Of a DNA stretch of 64,000 bases, positions 58,064 to 64,000 are shown piece after piece. The translations under genes were made by a program, and so were the position numbers. Source of the DNA: Obrimoposthia wandeli (lineage: Eukaryota); NCBI GenBank assembly GCA_977020255.1, contig CDROCS010001566.1, positions 62,001 to 126,000 of the forward strand, in the 5' to 3' direction. A model generated the notes under the pieces. It ran no database searches. It was given only the letters and a program-made list of their open reading frames with translations, and had not been told where the DNA came from. The stretch's first letter is position 1; each line of letters begins with the position of its first letter.

Positions 58064-58900
58064 CAGGGTTGTCCAAATAAAATGTGTGTAGGTGACAAAA
58101 ATATTTTTATCCTACAATTATAAGAAAAAAGTACTACTTTGTTGGACGAACAAACATGTGAATAAACATTGATTAGTACCATTACCATATCTAAAATGTA
58201 AACTAACAAAAGCCTTTCGAAAAAGGGCAATGTCCATGTATTTCAAAAATTTGTCAAACTTGGTATATTATCGTTGTATTGATGTAAAATTTTAGTTATA
58301 AAGTAAATCTCTCGAGTGCTCCATAAATAGAAGTTAAGGGGCATTCGATCCAGAGATCCTGGAGGGTATTCAAGAAAAGTTGCTCTTCGTTCAATCAAAC
58401 GATTTTTTACTTTATCATTCAGTAGCTCACGAATTTACTAATAATAATGAGGTGGTGCACTGTCTTGCCGGTATAAATTAGGAGGATTATCCTCATTGTA
58501 TAGAATTACCTTGGTATATAGCAATCGCAAGTATTTATCATCATTCATAATGCGATCAAAACCTAGCATAACCCAAACAGTAAGATTATAAGTATGTATG
58601 TAGGTTGTTGATGCTGTAATAACGTATGTTGTACAGATTAGCAACACCTGATAAATAGAACGTAGCTTTATCAGAGTAGAGAATATGTTTGAATATATAT
58701 CTTTATTTTCCAAATCTTTCCAGTATTGCCTGACAAAATTAAATCCTCTTGTCTTGAAACCACATCGTATAATTTTTGCCCCCTTTCAAACTTGTATGGT
58801 TGATACCCAAGTGATGCCTTTAATTTGTGGACAGTTGTGTTACTATTGTCAAGTTCAATAGACAACATTCACTCAGATATTATAGGGTCCAATTGAACAG
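58064..58900 (-). mobile_element. Tc1/mariner-superfamily relic
   Basis: TA|CAGGGTTGTCC TIR; YRQDSAPPHY (FQQDGAPPH) and YPPGSLDRMPLNFYLW (WPPRSPDLTPLDFFLW). Confidence 0.75.
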
Positions 58901-58998
58901 ACTCATCTACTAATTTTATGTTGTCATCCCCACCTTTTGCAGATTTCCCTTTCAGATCCACATTCCAATTCCCCTTCTATGTTTTCATTTGTTAATGG

Positions 58999-60560
58999 TG
59001 TTGGGGTTTTCTATTGGAACCCAGAATCCTCGTACGGAGGCCCCCAACGTGAGTTCTGTAGCGATAGGGCTTACATATATATGTGGCCTATCTGTTCTAA
59101 TATCTGAAGATTTTTCCTAGTTTCTGAAGGTTTGTTGTATTGTAGAGTAGAGTCTGTGATTAGGATAACTTGATAGCCCTAAAACTATTGTTGGGTTGTG
59201 TAGGGCTGATGTAATAAGCCGGTTAGGTCAATTGGATTTTAATTCAAAAATGGTCTGACAACAACCAAGACCAGAAATAGGTAAAAATAAGCCGGAATCA
59301 ATCGATGTCAACGATAATTTTCTGAATGTATCAGGGCTTAGATTACAGTATCATTGATTAACTTTCGGCCCAAGTGGTACTTCTTAATTGCTATAATTCG
59401 ATACTATGTTAGGGGTGGTCAATACCAGAACTTAGGTTATTGTATCAGAAACCTTATTGACTATCCTACACAGTTATATGTTAAACAAAACTATTTGCGT
59501 AAACAGGGTGACATTCTATAATGTGGGATCGTGATTCTAAAATTTACAATACCTCAATGATTGGTTAAATATTATATTGGTAATTAGTTTCTTTCAATAG
59601 TCTATTCACCACTTATTATTTCCTGTAATATATTCTTACGTTTATCTTCGATTATTAATACACTTCCCGTAGCTTTTAAATATATAAATATAAGTAGCTT
59701 CAAATCGTTAAGCTTAAATATGAATACTTTCAATAACTTCAAATGATCACAATTCAATTTCTACGCTACATATTAAGATTCAAATTTTTATACTTGGAAT
59801 GATTATAATTCAATTTCTACACTCTTACGAATAATTCCCATAGTTTAGTTTCACTGGGTGGTCGAGTTGGCCGTGATCGCCGTGTTTCGTCTTCTCTGCT
59901 TTGATCATTCAATCTAGTAAGAAATTGCGCTCGAGGGTGTGCTTCACCTTTCTGGTATAATCAATAAGATCTTTGTCCTTTTCACTACTTTGGGTTCTCT
60001 GAGTTCTGTTAATTTAACTTTCTGCACAATGATAAAAATTGTTTAAATTGTTCTGTGGTATTTCTACAAGTCGGATACTTTGTATTTTCATGATCTGTTT
60101 CTTACGTTCTACTGTCATTTAAAGTTTCTACACACTGTAATCAATCGGATCCTTGTCCTTTTCACAACTTTCAATATCTACAAAATTTGCGTTCCTAAAA
60201 CTTTTGTTCAAATAATGTGAAAGAACGTCGTTTATTACCGATTCGGCGATCAAATCTTAATGCAGGATAATTGGTCGATGTTGGATGCTACCGCGATGTG
60301 ATTCCCACACGACTTGTGGAATCACTAATTTAATTGTGGCTTGATACCGGACGTGATTAAATCCCTGTTTAAGTCACTGATTGTCGCTGATTGTTGCTCG
60401 TTGGGATTGGGAATGGTTGATGTGGATTTTCTACCACTCAACTAAATATGTACTTTTCCCGAGGCTCTAAATTTTAATGAATACTCTTTCCTCGGCATAT
60501 TTTTACATTTTTCTGCCTCACATATAAACACATTTTAATGACCTTCAAGGTCTCAAATTA
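58999..60560 (-). repeat. ~1.5 kb repeat family, copy C
   Basis: TGTTGGGGTTTT end, conserved core at 59025-59090 and GACCTTGAAGGTC leader. Confidence 0.7.
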
Positions 60561-61039
60561 ATTAGTTTTTTTTATTTTAAAATTTATTATCTCATTGAGA
60601 GGTTATTTATAGCCTATATTTATATTTTTCTAATTATTTATTTTAAACTTTTTTATTCTAACGATGGCAAGGAACTGGTACATTCAGATTTTTTGAGTAA
60701 CTCTGGATTTGGGCATCAAAACTTTTAAAAGCAATTATACAAGCTGTTGCGAATACTCAGGTTCTCAGTAAACATATTGATGTACGAAAGTCCAATGAAT
60801 AGCCATGGGCCAGATTTATATTTCATTGTTTATTGTAATATATGAACTATCATTATTAACTAAATGGACATGTTTACAAAAATTCGTTAAGCATATTAAA
60901 TTTGAACCCCTCTGTATGTATAACAAAGGTTAGCAACGTTGTTTCATCGAGCGTTTGCTGCTACTTTTGTCGGCAATAAAGTAGAAATATATGTAATATA
61001 ATGTAAATTTTAAAATGTATATCTCAATCTAAGTCTATT

Positions 61040-62300
61040 TGAACTTTGTATAGATTTAGTAGTTAAATATTGCTTAACAATTTTAATTTCTATTGAATGT
61101 TCTTGGAAAATTGTTTTCAATACAGTTAATTAGTTATTTAGAAAGAAATAATTTACTCCCATTTAATCAATCAGATTATAAAAGTTTTCATTCAACTGAA
61201 ACAAAATTGAATATCGTAAAAAATGTATTAAATTCTTTAAATAATGGTAAATGTCTACTTATGATATTCCTAGATCTATATGCAGCATTTGACAATTTCA
61301 AATAAAAAATATTATTAAAAGATTTGAAAAAGATTGAAATTATTCGAAGTGAACTGAATTGGTTTAAAATTTATTTTGTTTAAGATCCTGAATGTGTTGT
61401 TCTCAAGGGATCGATTCTTGATCCAATCCTATTTTCGATTTATATTTCGTCCATTGTAGAGATTATTAATCAATACAATTTCCATTTCCATCTTTATGCT
61501 GATGATACATATTTTATATTGATTTCGATTGTAATGACTTTTAAATCACATTTTCTAACATGGAATTGTATTATTTAAATATCTATACTGAGGAAATCAA
61601 GACAATTGAAGATGAATAAAAATGAAACCGATGCTATACTATTTGGATATAAGAAAAATAAAAATCGTATTAAAGGTAAAAGAGTTACGGACATGAAAAT
61701 AATATGAATTTAAAAAGTAAAATAAAGACATTGGTAAAATCCTCGATGAAAACATTACAATGAATTTTCAAATTAATAATGGGATAAGAACATGCAACAG
61801 CGAATATCAAAGATATATAACTAATGAGAAAATACCTTACTACTGAGATAACTACAATACTAACACATGTAATTATTATATCAGAACTTGATTTGCAAAA
61901 TTCTTTACTGTTTAATATTCCAGATTATAAATTAAATCGTTTACAAACAATTTTAAACAAAGTCGTCAGAGTTAGCGAAAAATACTAGTACAAGTGAACA
62001 TTTAATGATGCACTATTCGCTACCGATTAATGCCAGACTTGAATTCAAGTTACTACTTATTATCAAAAAATGTATTATATCACAAAGCCAACTATTTATA
62101 TGATCTTCTCATGTCTGATGCAGTGAGTATGTATATGCAACTAGAAAGCAACTATAATGACTGCAGTTCGTTTAAAATAATTTTTAAACCGTGATAAAAT
62201 ATATGAAATTTATACTCCAAATCTTTAAAATTTACCAATGAATATAATTCAAACTGAAAATTCAAGAAGCAACTGATGACTTTTCTGTTCAGAAACTATT
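61040..62300 (+). mobile_element. CR1/L2-like LINE reverse transcriptase relic
   Basis: QSDYKSFHSTET, FLDLYAAFD, QGSILDPILF and HLYADD motifs. Confidence 0.9.
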
Positions 62301-63034
62301 ACAAAGAATAATTATAATATTTATTTTATTGAATAATAACATTTCTCATTTTTTAATACTGAAATATCCCTATTTTATTATCAGCAAAATGATCCTATTT
62401 ATGTTAGACTCAGTTGACTGACAAATTTGTCTCTACTGGAAGAAACTACATATTTACAATCCAAAAATAATAAGTCCTATCAAATTCCAGAACAAAATTT
62501 CGCGTTACAACTTGTTAATCATTGAAGTAAGATTTAAATCGTGTGATATTTACAAATTCTCCAAGTAAATTAAACAGTTTTCTAATTATAATTGAAGTCA
62601 AGTAGAAATCGATCCATATTTTCTTAAAAGTGAAAAGCAATTTTGTAGTAGACAGCTTATTAATATTCCAAACGATGGAAATATGATTTTTGAAATTCAG
62701 AGAAATAAACAATTCTTGCTGCCTGAATGAATGCGAAAACAAATTATTCGGAACTAGAAGTAGAATTGTCACACAGACCCAAGTATCGTTCAGGGTAACT
62801 TGCATTGATTGTAACATCTATTGTAGCAACGTATTATCACCTTTTGTGTTGGAAGTTCAGATAGATTCAATTTGACAGATGAAATAAAACCTATTTGAAG
62901 TAAAAGCTAGAGATTTATCATTTCAACTTTCAAATTAAAAATATACAATTGAAACACTAAATACCAAATTGACAAAAGTAAAAATGTATTTGATTCGTTG
63001 CTAATATTTCTGCTGTGTAGTAACAAAAACATTT

Positions 63035-63600
63035 ATAGGGTGGTTCGTAATTATTAGTGTATTTTGAAGCCCAATTTCCACACAAAAATAAAATGACAGT
63101 ATACATAAATTCCAATAGTATTTTGTATCAACCATAGAAATTCAATTATTTACAAAAGTGTTATGCCTATATACAAACATTTATTTAACATAATGACCAT
63201 CTTGATCGATGACTGCCCTCTATCAACATAGTGAAATGCTTGTCCATCATTTCCTTGGTGAATGTAGGAAGTTGATTTACCAAGAATTCTTGTAGGTCCT
63301 CTTTGTCATTAAAATCTGGATTATTTCCTTGAAGTGTTCCAGTCGTGGAGAAATAAATCGGTCACACATATTGGTGTCTGGTGAGTAGAGAAAATCCTAA
63401 ATGTATCAATCAACAGAAATAAGTTACAGATTTTTATGTTAAATAAATGTTTTTATATCGGCAAAACACTTTTGTAAATATTTTAAATTTTATAATTAAT
63501 ACAAAATCACTATTGCAATTGATGTATACTGTCGTTTTATTTATTTGTGGAAATTGGGTTTTATAAATACATTATTAATTATATATCGGTCTTATGTAAA
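63035..63600 (-). mobile_element. Tc1/mariner-like deleted element with TIRs
   Basis: Inverted repeats 63035-63110 vs 63520-63600; YSPDTNMCDR...VIDQDGHY remnant. Confidence 0.65.
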
Positions 63601-64000
63601 AATTTTAAAATAAAAAATATGTAAATGGAGTCAAAGAAAAAGATAAAATTTCTTTAAATATTCTAAATAGTGCTGATGTAATTTTTAACTAAATAATCTT
63701 TGGTTGTAAGAGATTTATGAGATTTTTAATGATAATTTAAGTTTATTTATTACAAATATTAATTCACCTCATGAAATTATAAATTCAAAGTTTTGTTGAC
63801 AAGTTAATTATTTTTATTTGGTTAATTTTTGGAAGAAAAAAAATCGCTTGTTATGAAGTAGCTGGAGTTAATACAAGAAGGCAACGACAAGGAGAGTGGC
63901 GTACACTTCTGAAATGCCCTGAAGCACATGATGTGATTTTGAACTTAACATACCGACAGGATAGATGATGCTGCCGTCAAAGTGGATGCCATGAAGAGAA

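Overview
AT-rich eukaryotic (invertebrate-like) genomic DNA that is dense in transposons. I found no rRNA, tRNA or CRISPR array. The main feature is a near-complete, partly decayed ~14.8 kb Polinton/Maverick (adintovirus-like) element at 27841-42633. It carries pPolB, a retroviral-type integrase with chromodomain, a packaging ATPase, major and minor capsid proteins and an adenain protease. Its accessory genes are unusual: an intact intron-containing TBP-like gene, two tandem paralogous ORFs that may be SSB-like, spliceosomal mini-introns, CCAAT/TATA promoters and a triplicated 449-bp promoter unit. A second, more degraded Polinton relic lies at about 350-5500, with a ubiquitin-like/B-box ORF upstream of pPolB and a twice-repeated 53-nt candidate structured RNA motif. 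A 2.5-kb non-autonomous element with Polinton-like AGTAGG termini lies at 10812-13279. Four minus-strand host exons (cbEGF, TSP1, TM helix, tail) join in compatible phases, which would place the large Polinton inside a ~36-kb intron. The remainder is relics of mariner/Tc1, pogo, hAT, BEL/Pao and CR1/L2 elements, MITEs and a 5-copy ~1.5 kb non-coding repeat family. All homology calls come from motif recognition by eye; no searches were run.
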